Positions 38,468-48,064 are shown, counted from the stretch's first letter. The stretch: 64,000 nucleotides of DNA from Candidatus Omnitrophota bacterium (GCA_043800555.1 JAZDMX010000017.1:4068-68067), one strand, 5' to 3'. Translations and numbers: made by a program. The notes: generated by a model not told the origin, from the sequence alone.

Positions 38468-39559
38468 TTAAGATTGCGCTTTATTATAAAAAGGCTTCTT
38501 AACAATAGTTACCGGGATTTCTGCTCCCAAAGGCCCAACCATAAGCTGTGCGCCAACCCCGTAATTACCGCAAATATAGCCCATGCCTATACCGGCCAAA
38601 AGGCTGGGAGAAAAAGAACCGCTGGTTACTTCACCTATACGCTTGCCTTCACTAGATATGGCAAAGCCATGGCGCGGGGCACGCCGGGAATCTGCTTTAA
38701 AACAAACCAGGCGTTCTTTCGGCCCGCCTGCCTTCTCCTTCAGCAAAGCGCCTTTTCCGATAAAATCCTTGGAGAAATCAACAAATCTCTCTAGGCTAGC
38801 GGCTAGCGGAGTATGATTGGCATCAATATCCTGGCCGTAAAGCGGATATGCCATTTCCAGGCGTAAGGTATCGCGGCAGCCTAAACCCGCGGGCTTGACC
38901 CGTTTATCTTTAAGCAAGGTTTCCCATAAATCTTTTAGCCGGCCGGTAGAGATATATATTTCGTATCCGAGCTCTCCGGTATAACCGGTGCGGCTGATTA
39001 TACAACTTTCTTGGCCAAAAGAAAACTCGGCAAAAGTATAATAATTAAGCCTGCCTACAGCCTCCCCGAAAATAATTTTAAGCGCTTCCTTTGATTGCGG
39101 GCCCTGCACATCAAGTTTCCCCAGGGAGCTGGAAACATTTTGCAGGTTATCGCATTTTAAAAGATTCTTCCTTAAATGCCCCAGGTCGCTAGCAATAGTT
39201 GCGGCGTTAACCACCAGCATCCAGGAGCTTTTATTAAGACGATACACTATAAGATCATCAAGTATGCCTCCGGATTCATTGAGCATAAAACCGTAACGGC
39301 AGGAACCTGTTGGCGTAGAAATTATATTCTGGGTAACAATACGGTCAAGCCCGCTTGAAACAGCATCATCCTCCAGCCTGAACTCGCCCATATGGCAAAT
39401 ATCGAATACGGAAACCGAATTACGCGTATGCGCATGTTCAGCCAGAATCCCCTCATATTGAATAGGCATCAGCCATCCGCCAAAAGGAGCCATCTTGGCG
39501 CCAAGAGAAAGATGTGATGCGTAAAGCGGAGTTTTGAGCAAAGTATCGGAGGTATCCAT
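38468..39559 (-). CDS. gcvT: Glycine cleavage system aminomethyltransferase
   Basis: FGGWLMP, FDICHMG, SRTGYTGELGYE, RDTLRLE. Confidence 0.96.
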   Translation of the reverse strand: MDTSDTLLKTPLYASHLSLGAKMAPFGGWLMPIQYEGILAEHAHTRNSVSVFDICHMGEFRLEDDAVSSGLDRIVTQNIISTPTGSCRYGFMLNESGGILDDLIVYRLNKSSWMLVVNAATIASDLGHLRKNLLKCDNLQNVSSSLGKLDVQGPQSKEALKIIFGEAVGRLNYYTFAEFSFGQESCIISRTGYTGELGYEIYISTGRLKDLWETLLKDKRVKPAGLGCRDTLRLEMAYPLYGQDIDANHTPLAASLERFVDFSKDFIGKGALLKEKAGGPKERLVCFKADSRRAPRHGFAISSEGKRIGEVTSGSFSPSLLAGIGMGYICGNYGVGAQLMVGPLGAEIPVTIVKKPFYNKAQS

Positions 39560-39565
39560 AAAACC

Positions 39566-39916
39566 TTAGGCTTGTTCTATCTCGATTGATTCAATAATAA
39601 ACTCTTCGTTATTCAGAAGTTCAAAATCGCTAGCCCCGCAGGCCGGGCAGCTGGCGACAGGAGCGGCAATCTCCGCGGCTTTATGGCATTTATTGCATTT
39701 TATCCCGGGCTTGTTCTTGCGGATATCCAAAAGCACGTTCTTAAAGCCTTCATTTTCATTTAACAGTGTAAACGCCGAACGCAGGCTCTCCGGGGTTACG
39801 TGGGTAAAAGGCCCCAGAATAATATTAACCTTAACGCCTTTGCAATCTTGTTTATTTCCGATTTTTTCTTTTAATAAAACGGCTATCCTGCTGGCAAAAT
39901 GCATATCGTGCATCAA
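39566..39916 (-). CDS. hypA: Hydrogenase nickel chaperone HypA
   Basis: N-terminal MHD (variant of MHE), CNKC..CPAC, IESIEIE. Confidence 0.88.
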   Translation of the reverse strand: MMHDMHFASRIAVLLKEKIGNKQDCKGVKVNIILGPFTHVTPESLRSAFTLLNENEGFKNVLLDIRKNKPGIKCNKCHKAAEIAAPVASCPACGASDFELLNNEEFIIESIEIEQA

Positions 39917-39930
39917 CCCACCTCATCAGA

Positions 39931-40893
39931 CTATAAATACGCCTTATCCTTTAAATACAGGCTATACTCCTTAATAGCTTCCCTTAAGGGCATAAACTCA
40001 TGCCGACAGCCTGCCGCCCTTACCTTCTCCATTTTGGCTTGAGTAAAATATTGGTATTTCGGTTTTATCTCTTGCGGCATTTCGATGTATTCAATTTTTG
40101 GCTCCCGGCCTAAAGCGGAAAAACAAGCCTGGGCCAGCTCATTCCATGTCTGGGGCTTTCCTGCCCCTAAATTAAAGATACCTCTTTTATCGGGTTTAGT
40201 AAAGAAAAAATACATTATTTCGACCGCGTCCTTAACGTAAATAAAATCCCTTTTTTGGGCTCCGTCTTTATAGCCAGGATGGCCTGACTTAAAAAGGCGC
40301 ATTGGCTTGCCGGATCTAACTTCATCAAAACGCTTGCAGATAACGCTCATCATTTCAGCCTTATGGTATTCATTGGGGCCGAAAACATTGAAAAATTTGA
40401 AGCCAACTGATTTCTTTAGAAGCCCGCTTTTTAGCATCCACAGGTCAAACAGATGCTTTGTATACCCGTAGATATTAAGCGGCTTGAGGCTATTAAGCTT
40501 GCTTTCGGCGTCGTCATAGCCATTACTGCCGTCGCCATACGTAGCCGCTGAAGAAGCGTAAATAAACCTTACGCTATGGGCGTTAGCCCACTGCGCAAGG
40601 CGTTTGGAGTATTCGTAATTATTTTTTAGAAGATAAGCGGCGTCGTTTAGAAGGGTTGAACTGCAGGCGCCTAAATGAACGATTGCCTTAATGCGGGGAA
40701 ACTTCCCGGATTCCAGGATATCCAAAAAATCATCTTTTTGAATATAATCACGGAATTTCTTGCCGACGAGGTTTCTCCACTTGCAGCTGTCAGTAAGGTT
40801 ATCGACAACAATTACATCATCTATGCCTTCTTGATTAAGCCTCCATAAGAAGCAGCTACCGATAAAACCGGCGCCGCCGGTCAGAATAATCAC
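39931..40893 (-). CDS. hldD: ADP-L-glycero-D-manno-heptose 6-epimerase
   Basis: IILTGGAGFIGS, GACSST, YASSAATYG, PLNIYGYTK, FNVFGPNEYHK. Confidence 0.93.
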   Translation of the reverse strand: MIILTGGAGFIGSCFLWRLNQEGIDDVIVVDNLTDSCKWRNLVGKKFRDYIQKDDFLDILESGKFPRIKAIVHLGACSSTLLNDAAYLLKNNYEYSKRLAQWANAHSVRFIYASSAATYGDGSNGYDDAESKLNSLKPLNIYGYTKHLFDLWMLKSGLLKKSVGFKFFNVFGPNEYHKAEMMSVICKRFDEVRSGKPMRLFKSGHPGYKDGAQKRDFIYVKDAVEIMYFFFTKPDKRGIFNLGAGKPQTWNELAQACFSALGREPKIEYIEMPQEIKPKYQYFTQAKMEKVRAAGCRHEFMPLREAIKEYSLYLKDKAYL

Positions 40894-40900
40894 CGTAAAA

Positions 40901-41233
40901 TCATTCTTTCTTGCTTAAGAGCTTACCGATTAACAAAACCACGCCAACAGTAACCAAAACACCGATTACAGCTGAAACTATATACGCAACACTTAAGCCG
41001 CCCAACCCTTTTTCCTCCCACCCTTTAAAAGCATAATCCGGAATAGGCGCGCTCCAGAGCCCAGAGAGTTTCTCAAGCCCTTGCGGGATATACCCGACCA
41101 GTTCTTTAATTCCGTCGGTTCCCCACTCTCCCCAGGCATCCCCGGCTTTAAAACGCTCAGGGAGCAATAAACCTAAAGGAGAGAGAATTATTAAAATTCC
41201 CATACCGATCCATAACTTAGTAATGAGTTTCAT
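40901..41233 (-). CDS. PDGLE/NikN-like ECF accessory membrane protein
   Basis: LSPLGLL..AWGEWG..APIPDY; follows nikM/cbiM. Confidence 0.8.
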   Translation of the reverse strand: MKLITKLWIGMGILIILSPLGLLLPERFKAGDAWGEWGTDGIKELVGYIPQGLEKLSGLWSAPIPDYAFKGWEEKGLGGLSVAYIVSAVIGVLVTVGVVLLIGKLLSKKE

Positions 41234-41916
41234 CCGGACACCCCCCCTTCTTCTATAAGCTCAGGAGATTGTTTTTGTAAATATTTAACTACCAATGCGG
41301 TAACAACAGCCTCTACCCAGCCAAATATCAACAAATGTTCACCTGCCATAGCAGGCACGGCGATATTAAACCCATAAGGGCAGTATAAAGCTTGCCCGGC
41401 GGCAGTATGATACAATAAAGGCTGTAAACCGAATTCTGCGCCGGCTAAAAGGGCGGCTGCATTAATACCTATATACCCGGCTATCCCGGCTGCTATTACT
41501 CTTCTGTTTGAGCCTATTGGCGCATTATAGCTAATTGCCCTATAGACATAATACCCTACAAACGGCAATACAAAAGCCATATTAAAGCAATTTGCGCCGA
41601 GAGCGGTGATGCCGCCGTCGCCAAATAACAACGCCTGGACAACCAAAGCGACTGTTATGGCAATACAGGCGGCCCAAGGCCCTAAAAGTATTGCCACCAA
41701 AACTCCTCCTACGGCGTGGCCGGTTGAACCTCCGGGAATAGGCACGTTGAACATCATAATCACAAAACTAAAAGCTGCTCCTATCGCCAAAACCGGCGCT
41801 TGCCTTGCTTTTAAAGTCTTCTTGACGATCTTTGAAGCAATTGCCCATATCGGCAGAATAACCGCGTAAGAAATCCCGCAGGTTGCCGGCCCTAAATAAC
41901 CATCCGGTATATGCAT
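41230..41916 (-). CDS. Ni/Co ECF transporter substrate component NikM/CbiM
   Basis: N-terminal MHIPDGYL, PIPGGSTGH, QALLFGDGG. Confidence 0.92.
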   Translation of the reverse strand: MHIPDGYLGPATCGISYAVILPIWAIASKIVKKTLKARQAPVLAIGAAFSFVIMMFNVPIPGGSTGHAVGGVLVAILLGPWAACIAITVALVVQALLFGDGGITALGANCFNMAFVLPFVGYYVYRAISYNAPIGSNRRVIAAGIAGYIGINAAALLAGAEFGLQPLLYHTAAGQALYCPYGFNIAVPAMAGEHLLIFGWVEAVVTALVVKYLQKQSPELIEEGGVSG

Positions 41917-41942
41917 GGTTCCTCCCTCCTTTTTATTATAAA

Positions 41943-43310
41943 TTAGAAATCCACCTGCGCCCTCATCCCGCCGACAAATATAGGAGCGGTATCCCCGGCA
42001 ACATCCTTGCCAAATGGATTCCAGATATACTGGAAGTCGGGGCTGATGGACAAGTGATCATTCACCTGTATTCTGTAATACGCCTCAAGGTGCCCTTCGG
42101 TTTTGGCCAAATAGCTGCTATTGGATTTCCTGTAATCATCCGAAGGGATTACTTGGCCAGCTGCAAAAGCAAACACATCTTTCTGCCTTCCCCAGGGCTT
42201 TCCTTCCACCTGAAAACCAGCGCTCCAGGATTGTTCAAGCGAATAGCTTGAGCCATCCGTCGCCGTTAATTCAGGATTATACACCTTCGGGTTTTGCCAG
42301 CCATAACGGAAAAACAGGGTCACAATATCATTGGCTTTCTGGTCAAAGCTCAAACCAAATCCATAAGCTGTTTCTTTGGCCTTTTCCGCATCAAGCCATT
42401 TAGTATGATTAGCGTTATTAGCCCAGCCATAGAAGCGGTAATTACCGGGAAGGTCCAGAAAATTAGTCTTAAGGCTGACCTGTCCGATATTAAAGAGGTT
42501 ATCTCCTATCTTCTCCCAGCTGCCTTTAGCGTTGAATAATCCATAGCCTAATTCCAGCCACTCTGCCGGAAGATAAGCAACCCGGATACCGGCGTTATTG
42601 TCGGGAAATTCGACCGTGGGCGCGTTACGAAAAATCCTCCCCAAAAACTGGGTAGTTTCGTCATTGGCAACTTCATTCTGGTCAAAATAAGCAGTAGGGT
42701 CAAGCTTACCGAAAGTCAAAGCTACCTTATTTTTGAATAAGTTCTGTTCATACCAAAGTTCAGTTACCTCAACTTTGGCCTCGCTCTCACCGGCGTCGCG
42801 GTTAACATTACTATATAAGGTAAGGTTGTCCTCTAAGCCTGCGCCCTGGCCGGCTTCTAAGTGCAGGAACGCCCTGCTGTTTACTGCCTTGAATTCCTTC
42901 GCTAGAATGATATCCGCCGAATATGAGCCATCGGTACGGTTCTGCTTCAGCGTTGAGCCGTCGCCATTATAATTAACATTGTTGGCCCCCTGGAGAATAA
43001 AAGTTGCTCCTGCGCCAAGCTCAAGCCCTTCCATAAGCTGCATAGGTTCAGACGGAACGCGCTTAAGCTTTTCTTCAAATTGGGACAGCCTGGATTCATA
43101 GCCGGTAATCGCTTGCTGTTGCGCCTGGGCCTTTGAATCCTGCGCGGCTATATACCTTTCCTGGTCCGAAACTTTCTTCTCTAAGATAGCGACGCGCTCC
43201 TTAAGCTGGTTGATCTCATCTCTTACGAATCCTGCATCGGCAAATACCGGCGCAAAGCAAAGAAAAGAGAAGACTGCCGAACACAATGCTGCTTTCTTAA
43301 AAACTGCCAT
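41943..43310 (-). CDS. OprB-family outer-membrane porin with N-terminal coiled coil
   Basis: Signal peptide, ELWYEQ, FGKLDPTAYFDQNEVANDETTQF, EAYYR..ISPDFQY, C-terminal Phe. Confidence 0.85.
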   Translation of the reverse strand: MAVFKKAALCSAVFSFLCFAPVFADAGFVRDEINQLKERVAILEKKVSDQERYIAAQDSKAQAQQQAITGYESRLSQFEEKLKRVPSEPMQLMEGLELGAGATFILQGANNVNYNGDGSTLKQNRTDGSYSADIILAKEFKAVNSRAFLHLEAGQGAGLEDNLTLYSNVNRDAGESEAKVEVTELWYEQNLFKNKVALTFGKLDPTAYFDQNEVANDETTQFLGRIFRNAPTVEFPDNNAGIRVAYLPAEWLELGYGLFNAKGSWEKIGDNLFNIGQVSLKTNFLDLPGNYRFYGWANNANHTKWLDAEKAKETAYGFGLSFDQKANDIVTLFFRYGWQNPKVYNPELTATDGSSYSLEQSWSAGFQVEGKPWGRQKDVFAFAAGQVIPSDDYRKSNSSYLAKTEGHLEAYYRIQVNDHLSISPDFQYIWNPFGKDVAGDTAPIFVGGMRAQVDF

Positions 43311-43504
43311 AAATATACCCCCTTTTTTTATCTGTTGTTTGCTCCAGCTCAAAGCTGTGGTATACTTATGGCTGGGCTTGGTTGTTTAATGTTCTTCGCC
43401 AGGTACCGCGCCCCGCCGGAATCTTTTGCGAGAGGATGGCGGGGTGTTATTTCATGATACTTTTATATATTTCGTGCTACTATGAACCAAAAAAATAATA
43501 CCCT

Positions 43505-43918
43505 TTAAATATCGCTCCCTGTGCTTGACATACTTAGAGTAGCGTTTTTTACCCATTTTACCGCCTTAAGCGTATCGGCAAGCTCCTGCGCCTGGCCGGG
43601 CTTTCCTTTAACCGCAATTATTTCCAGGCAGTTGTGATGGTCTAAATGAATATGCTGGGTAGAAATAATAACTTTGCTAAAGTTATGCTGTATATCCATT
43701 AATTTGTTGACAAGCTCGCGCTTATGATGGCCGTAAACCATCGTGATAGTCCCGACTATCTGCCGATCTCCCTGCCATTGCTTCTTTATCAGGTCTTCCC
43801 GGATAAGGTCGCGTATGGCTTCAGAACGGTTGGTATATTTTTTCTCTTGAAGGTGAGAATCAAAACTAGCAAGCAAATCTCTCTCTAAAGACACCCCGAA
43901 CCTGACTAAGCGAGTCAT
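43505..43918 (-). CDS. nikR: Nickel-responsive regulator NikR
   Basis: RFGVSL ribbon-helix-helix, NRSEAIRDLIR, HIHLDHHNCLE. Confidence 0.95.
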   Translation of the reverse strand: MTRLVRFGVSLERDLLASFDSHLQEKKYTNRSEAIRDLIREDLIKKQWQGDRQIVGTITMVYGHHKRELVNKLMDIQHNFSKVIISTQHIHLDHHNCLEIIAVKGKPGQAQELADTLKAVKWVKNATLSMSSTGSDI

Positions 43919-43937
43919 TTATGGCTCCCGGTAAATT

Positions 43938-43982
43938 GTATTACGATTTTTATAATGATAACACATAGCCCAATCTTGTCAA
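43938..43982 (-). promoter_or_regulatory. nikR promoter with overlapping NikR-box-like site
   Basis: TTGACA (43982-43977)-N16-TATCAT; GTATTA-N15-TAACAC at 43938-43964. Confidence 0.6.
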
Positions 43983-43996
43983 GGAAATAATTATCC

Positions 43997-44066
43997 AAAA
44001 AAAGGGGGACGTTTCTACTTTTCTAGAACTAAACCCGGAAAAGTAGAAACGTCCCCCTTTTTTTTT
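43997..44066. repeat. REP-like palindrome copy 15, abutting the stop codon of the serine hydrolase gene
   Basis: aaaaaaagggggacgtttctactttt-ctagaactaaacccgg (16 nt)-aaaagtagaaacgtcccccttttttttt. Confidence 0.97.
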
Positions 44067-44979
44067 ACTGGAAATAACTATATACGGCCAGCGCTACGCC
44101 TGATATAAATTTCTTGGCCCTGGCGGCAGTCTTGTCTTGGTGTTTAACCAATACGCAAATCAGGAAATTCCCGTTATCGGTATAGACGATTCCGACATCG
44201 TGGCAGACATATTTCTCCAGGCCCGTCTTATGCATCACAAACGTCCCGGAGGGAAGCTTCCTGGGGATCCGGTCGTTTATTTTCTGCTCCCCCAATAAAC
44301 GCAGGCATTTCAAAGAAATATCCGTATTCAGAAAATTACCATAATAGAGCTTCTCCAGCATAAACGCCATATCGCCGGCCGTTGTGTAATTCTCTTTCCC
44401 TTCTCTTCGCTCGGAAAAATCCATCATCTTGCGGACGATGTTAGTGTCCTTTAGCCCTATCCTCTTAAAATAGGAATTTAATGCGTCGAATCCTAAATAA
44501 TCTATAAGCACGTTGGCCGCGGCATTATCGCTTTGCGTAATCATAGGTTCGAATAACTCTTCTACCGTAAAGGCCGCGCCAACCGGTTCTGCCCCTAAAA
44601 CCCTTGACCCGGAGACTATGTCGGAAGGCTTGATACGGATGGTATCTTGTAAACTGATTTTCTTGTCCTGATCGGCATAAAAACATGCAAGCATAATAGG
44701 GAGCTTAACCAGGCTTGCGGAAGGAACCGGCGCATCCTTGTTAAAAGCGATTTCCCAGCCTTTATCCAGGTCCTTAACCACTAACCCGACTCTCCCCTTA
44801 AAGCCATTCACCTTATTTGCCAGGGCCTCCTTTAAACGCAGCCAATCCTCTCTCCTCTTCTCCAGGATGGCCTGCTGCTTTCTATAATCCTTATATTTTA
44901 TTATTATTTTGGGGGAAAGGAATACGGTTAGCGCAAAGGCTACAAATAAAATTATAGAGTAAATGGTTTTTTTATTCAT
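44065..44979 (-). CDS. Membrane-anchored class A beta-lactamase-like serine hydrolase
   Basis: SASLVK (SxxK), SDN and HKTG motifs; N-terminal TM anchor. Confidence 0.85.
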   Translation of the reverse strand: MNKKTIYSIILFVAFALTVFLSPKIIIKYKDYRKQQAILEKRREDWLRLKEALANKVNGFKGRVGLVVKDLDKGWEIAFNKDAPVPSASLVKLPIMLACFYADQDKKISLQDTIRIKPSDIVSGSRVLGAEPVGAAFTVEELFEPMITQSDNAAANVLIDYLGFDALNSYFKRIGLKDTNIVRKMMDFSERREGKENYTTAGDMAFMLEKLYYGNFLNTDISLKCLRLLGEQKINDRIPRKLPSGTFVMHKTGLEKYVCHDVGIVYTDNGNFLICVLVKHQDKTAARAKKFISGVALAVYSYFQ

Positions 44980-45223
44980 TTTGGCGGTTAAACGCTTCGA
45001 GGTTAAATACAGCAGAAAAGCGGAGTTGTTAAAAACTCCGCTTTTATATGGCGCCCTTAGCCTAAAAAACGCCAAACTTATACCTGCCAACAATTCGGCT
45101 CAGTTTACCGCCTAGGATTAACGCCCAGGCGTAGCCGGAGCATAAAACATTTTCCATTTAGATTACTACAACCATAACCATAAGTCAACGAAATCTTAAG
45201 GCGGATAGCGCCTTAAGGCTCCT

Positions 45224-45676
45224 TTACCAGCTTAATATTTTAAGCTTCAGCCCGTTCTGATCCGGATTGTTTACCTTATATTCGGGGGCCATCAAAGGCT
45301 TATCATAAGGGGGAAACCCGCAGGTAGCAACATCCACTATTCCCGCGGCCTCCCGCTTAACCCCCGTAACCAACCCTTTGCCTAAGCCGATGGTCAAGCC
45401 GAGAAAAAGATTGCTATCCTGAGTTTCCTCGCTAATGCCCCTTGGGATATCTACCCAGGCTGATACCGCGTTAAGGGTGCCGTCTCCGGCCTTACTAACC
45501 GGAGAATTGGCGTAAGCATCCTGATCGTTATTAAGCGAATCTAAGAATGTGGAGGTTCCGGCGTTTATGTTAATCGGCGGCGCGGTATAAACAATCGGCA
45601 CCTCTAGGGCTTGCGCCCAGGCGCAGAAAACCAAACTTAAGAAAATTAACATGGCTATCAAGGCTGTATTTTTCAT
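45224..45676 (-). CDS. Secreted protein resembling the exosortase-system-associated TIGR04073 family
   Basis: Signal peptide; KAGDGTLNAVSAWVDIP..GLGKGLVTGVKREAAGIVDVATCGFPP..PLMAPEY pattern (recognised from memory, not searched). Confidence 0.6.
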   Translation of the reverse strand: MKNTALIAMLIFLSLVFCAWAQALEVPIVYTAPPININAGTSTFLDSLNNDQDAYANSPVSKAGDGTLNAVSAWVDIPRGISEETQDSNLFLGLTIGLGKGLVTGVKREAAGIVDVATCGFPPYDKPLMAPEYKVNNPDQNGLKLKILSW

Positions 45677-45722
45677 CTCGTCCTCCTTTTTCCGCCAATT
45701 TGACGATATGCCCCCATAAAAC

Positions 45723-45753
45723 AAAAAAGCCCTTAAAAAGGCTTAAGGGCTTA
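45723..45753 (-). terminator. Riboswitch expression-platform terminator
   Basis: Minus strand aagcccttaa-loop-ttaagggctttttt between the aptamer and the start codon. Confidence 0.8.
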
Positions 45754-45764
45754 TAGAATTCTTC

Positions 45765-45850
45765 CCTCTTTGGTAACGCAGCCTCTCCGTTATTAAACGG
45801 AGACTGTCGCTTTGCGTCCCAAGGTTACCCTTGGTTTGCCTTTATCAGTA
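45765..45850 (-). ncRNA. Cyclic di-GMP-I (GEMM) riboswitch
   Basis: GATAAAGGCAAA-CCAAGG-GTAA-CCTTGG-GACGCAAAGC..GTCTCCG-TTTAATAA-CGGAGAGGCTGCGTTACC: GNRA-capped P2, GACGCAAA junction, P3 and GTTACC end. Confidence 0.88.
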
Positions 45851-46147
45851 GGTGCTCAAAATGTCAAACGCCCGGCTTAAACCGCAATAGGCATTAAAAC
45901 CAAGCCGGTACATCAAACTCCTTGCTTCATAATGAAGTATAACATATTTCTTGCTAATTTGCCAAGACCAAACGGAATAAAAAGGAACGGTTCTACTTTC
46001 CTGCCTTGGGGGGCTTCCCCTATTTGCTTACCTGTTCTTTATCGCATAATACCCTTGCAGCTTGTTGGCAAAACCTTGACTGCCCGTGCATAAAAAATAT
46101 AAGCGTTCTCTTTATTGATAACTCCGGTAATTACGCCTAAATACAGC

Positions 46148-46180
46148 AAGAAAGAGAGGTTGCGAAAACCTCTCTTTCTT
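46148..46180. terminator. Hairpin downstream of tRNA-Phe, probable terminator
   Basis: aagaaagagaggtt-gcgaa-aacctctctttctt. Confidence 0.6.
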
Positions 46181-46237
46181 AGATGGTGCCGATGGTTCGG
46201 CTGCGCTCACCATTCGGGAAAACCACTTAAAATTAAA

Positions 46238-46309
46238 TGCCGAGAGAGAGAATCGGACTCCCCACGCCGGCCTTTTCAGGGCCGCGCTCTACCACTGAGC
46301 TATCTCGGC
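46238..46309 (-). tRNA. tRNA-Phe(GAA)
   Basis: GCCGAGATAGCTCAGTGGTAGAGCG-CGGCC-CTGAAAA-GGCCG..GGGAG-TCCGATT-CTCTC-TCTCGGCA. Confidence 0.9.
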
Positions 46310-46397
46310 GGAAATTAAGCTATTTAACCTTTTTACCATAAATAGCGGAAAAATCAAGCAGATTAAGCAAAAGGCCGCCCCGAAAACAAGGCTTGCC

Positions 46398-46502
46398 TCA
46401 ATTAACCTTTTTCTTGGAAAGAATCCGGATAAAGCAAAATATAAGAATGCCGATAATCAAACCCCAGGAAGTAGCCAAAAATAACCATCCGGTTACGCTC
46501 AT
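46398..46502 (-). CDS. 34-aa membrane peptide, probable small subunit of the NSS transporter
   Basis: MSVTGWLFLATSWGLIIGILIFCFIRILSKKKVN; its ATG overlaps the transporter stop (ATGA). Confidence 0.65.
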   Translation of the reverse strand: MSVTGWLFLATSWGLIIGILIFCFIRILSKKKVN

Positions 46503-48064
46503 ATTATCCTTTGCGCCTTTTTGCCCTTGTTTCTCCAGGCGATCTTGACCAGCGCCGCTAAAATCAGGAATAACGCGAACAGCCCGATCCGGGTTGCCAG
46601 TATAAACGGCTGATTTATCGCGGGGACATTCTTCATAAAGATAACCGGCAGCCACTCCTGCGCAAACCACATCCCGAAGATAATAAAGAGAAAGGCCGGA
46701 GTAATATATTTAATTATAAACTTGTAGGCTTTAGGCACCCGCATATCCGCGCCTTTGTGTATCTGGCTCCAAGCTTCATCCATGCCGAAAACCCAGGCAA
46801 ATAATATTACCTCTATCGTGGCAAAGAGAACCAAAAAGAATGTCCCGCCCCAGAAATCCAGCTCATCCACGACCCCCCGGCCAAGGAAAAATATCACCGG
46901 CTGGCAAAGCAAGAATGAAACCGCCCCCAATATGGACACCGCCTTCTTGCGGTTGATGCCAAACTCGTCTTCCAGAAAAGCCACAGCCGGCTGAGCCAGG
47001 GAAATTGACGATGTAATTCCCGCTAAAAACAAAAGGAAAAACCATAAGAAACCCAATATATTTGAAAACGGCATCTTGTTAAGTATCAGCGGCATCGTCA
47101 CGAAACCAAGATTAAAAACTCCGGAGCGGGCAATATCGCCTATTTGCGTTGGCCCGAAGAATACAAATGCCGCGGTAATTACAATGCTTCCGCCGATAAT
47201 CACTTCTGCGAATTCATTCATCATAGAAGCAGTCAGCCCGGAAAGGACCACGTCATCCCCCTTCTTCAAATAACTGGCGTAGGTAAGGATTACGCCGATA
47301 CCGACGCTAAGGGTAAAGAAAATCTGGCCGGCTGCATCCAGCCAGATTTTAGCGGATTTTAAGGCGCTAAAATCGGGGTTCCAGAGAAACCCCATTCCAT
47401 TAGTTACGCTCCAGGCCGGATGAAGAGAGCTGGGGGCCCCCAGCGTCAATACGCGCGCCATCAGCACAAAACCGAAAATAAGAAGCGTGCCCAGGGCCCA
47501 TTTGCATATCTTCTCAATTCCACCGCGGATGCCAAAATAAATTACCCAGATATTAACCGTAAAAGCAATTAAGAAGAATACGTACGCCGGGGCCAGGCCC
47601 TGAAAATAGGAATTGTGTTCCAGGCCCTGGAAACCCCTCAAGAAAGACTGCATATCTGCTTGAGTGGCAACAGCGCTATATTTGCCCAAGAGCGCGAAAA
47701 AACTGTAAGCCAACGCCCAGCATTCGATGTAGCTGTAATATATAAAAATAACCAGCGGCCCAAAAATCCCGATTACCCCAAAGTATTTAATAAACTTGTT
47801 CTTCCTCCATAGGCTATGGAATATACCCGGGGCTGTCCCGTGCTCAAAGCCGCCGCCGTAACGGCCAAGCGTCCACTCAACCCACATCAAAGGTATGCCT
47901 AATAAGAAAAGGGAGACAAAATAAGGGATCATAAAGGCCCCGCCGCCATTGGAAGCCGCCTTAGCCGGGAACCTTAAGAAATTCCCCAGGCCTACGGCTG
48001 AACCGGCGACTGCCATGATGATGCCTAAACGCGACCCCCAACTCTCTCTAGCCTTAGCCATCAA
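46499..48064 (-). CDS. Sodium-dependent transporter (NSS/SNF, LeuT-like)
   Basis: RESWGSRLG, AGSAVGLGNFLRFP, GGGAFMIPY, GQIFFTLSVG. Confidence 0.93.
   Translation of the reverse strand: MMAKARESWGSRLGIIMAVAGSAVGLGNFLRFPAKAASNGGGAFMIPYFVSLFLLGIPLMWVEWTLGRYGGGFEHGTAPGIFHSLWRKNKFIKYFGVIGIFGPLVIFIYYSYIECWALAYSFFALLGKYSAVATQADMQSFLRGFQGLEHNSYFQGLAPAYVFFLIAFTVNIWVIYFGIRGGIEKICKWALGTLLIFGFVLMARVLTLGAPSSLHPAWSVTNGMGFLWNPDFSALKSAKIWLDAAGQIFFTLSVGIGVILTYASYLKKGDDVVLSGLTASMMNEFAEVIIGGSIVITAAFVFFGPTQIGDIARSGVFNLGFVTMPLILNKMPFSNILGFLWFFLLFLAGITSSISLAQPAVAFLEDEFGINRKKAVSILGAVSFLLCQPVIFFLGRGVVDELDFWGGTFFLVLFATIEVILFAWVFGMDEAWSQIHKGADMRVPKAYKFIIKYITPAFLFIIFGMWFAQEWLPVIFMKNVPAINQPFILATRIGLFALFLILAALVKIAWRNKGKKAQRII

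Noticed and set aside
33706-39559. Reductive glycine pathway or novel glycine system
   Set aside because: A standard gcvTHP plus lipoate cluster; the missing L-protein gene is commonly elsewhere and direction cannot be read from sequence.
43408-43446. GC hairpin upstream of the porin as a NiCo or cobalamin riboswitch
   Set aside because: A simple CCCCGCC..GGCGGGG stem without the conserved riboswitch motifs.
44065-44979. Antibiotic-resistance beta-lactamase
   Set aside because: SxxK/SDN/KTG also occur in membrane-anchored PBP-like hydrolases; no clear class A omega-loop motif and no mobile context.
45979-46001. Possible 17th repeat copy (aaaaaggaacggttctactttcc)
   Set aside because: Only a degenerate half-arm with no partner arm; not counted.
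25863-46309. tRNA-anchored prophage or genomic island
   Set aside because: No integrase, no duplicated tRNA 3' ends and housekeeping genes on both sides of all three tRNAs.
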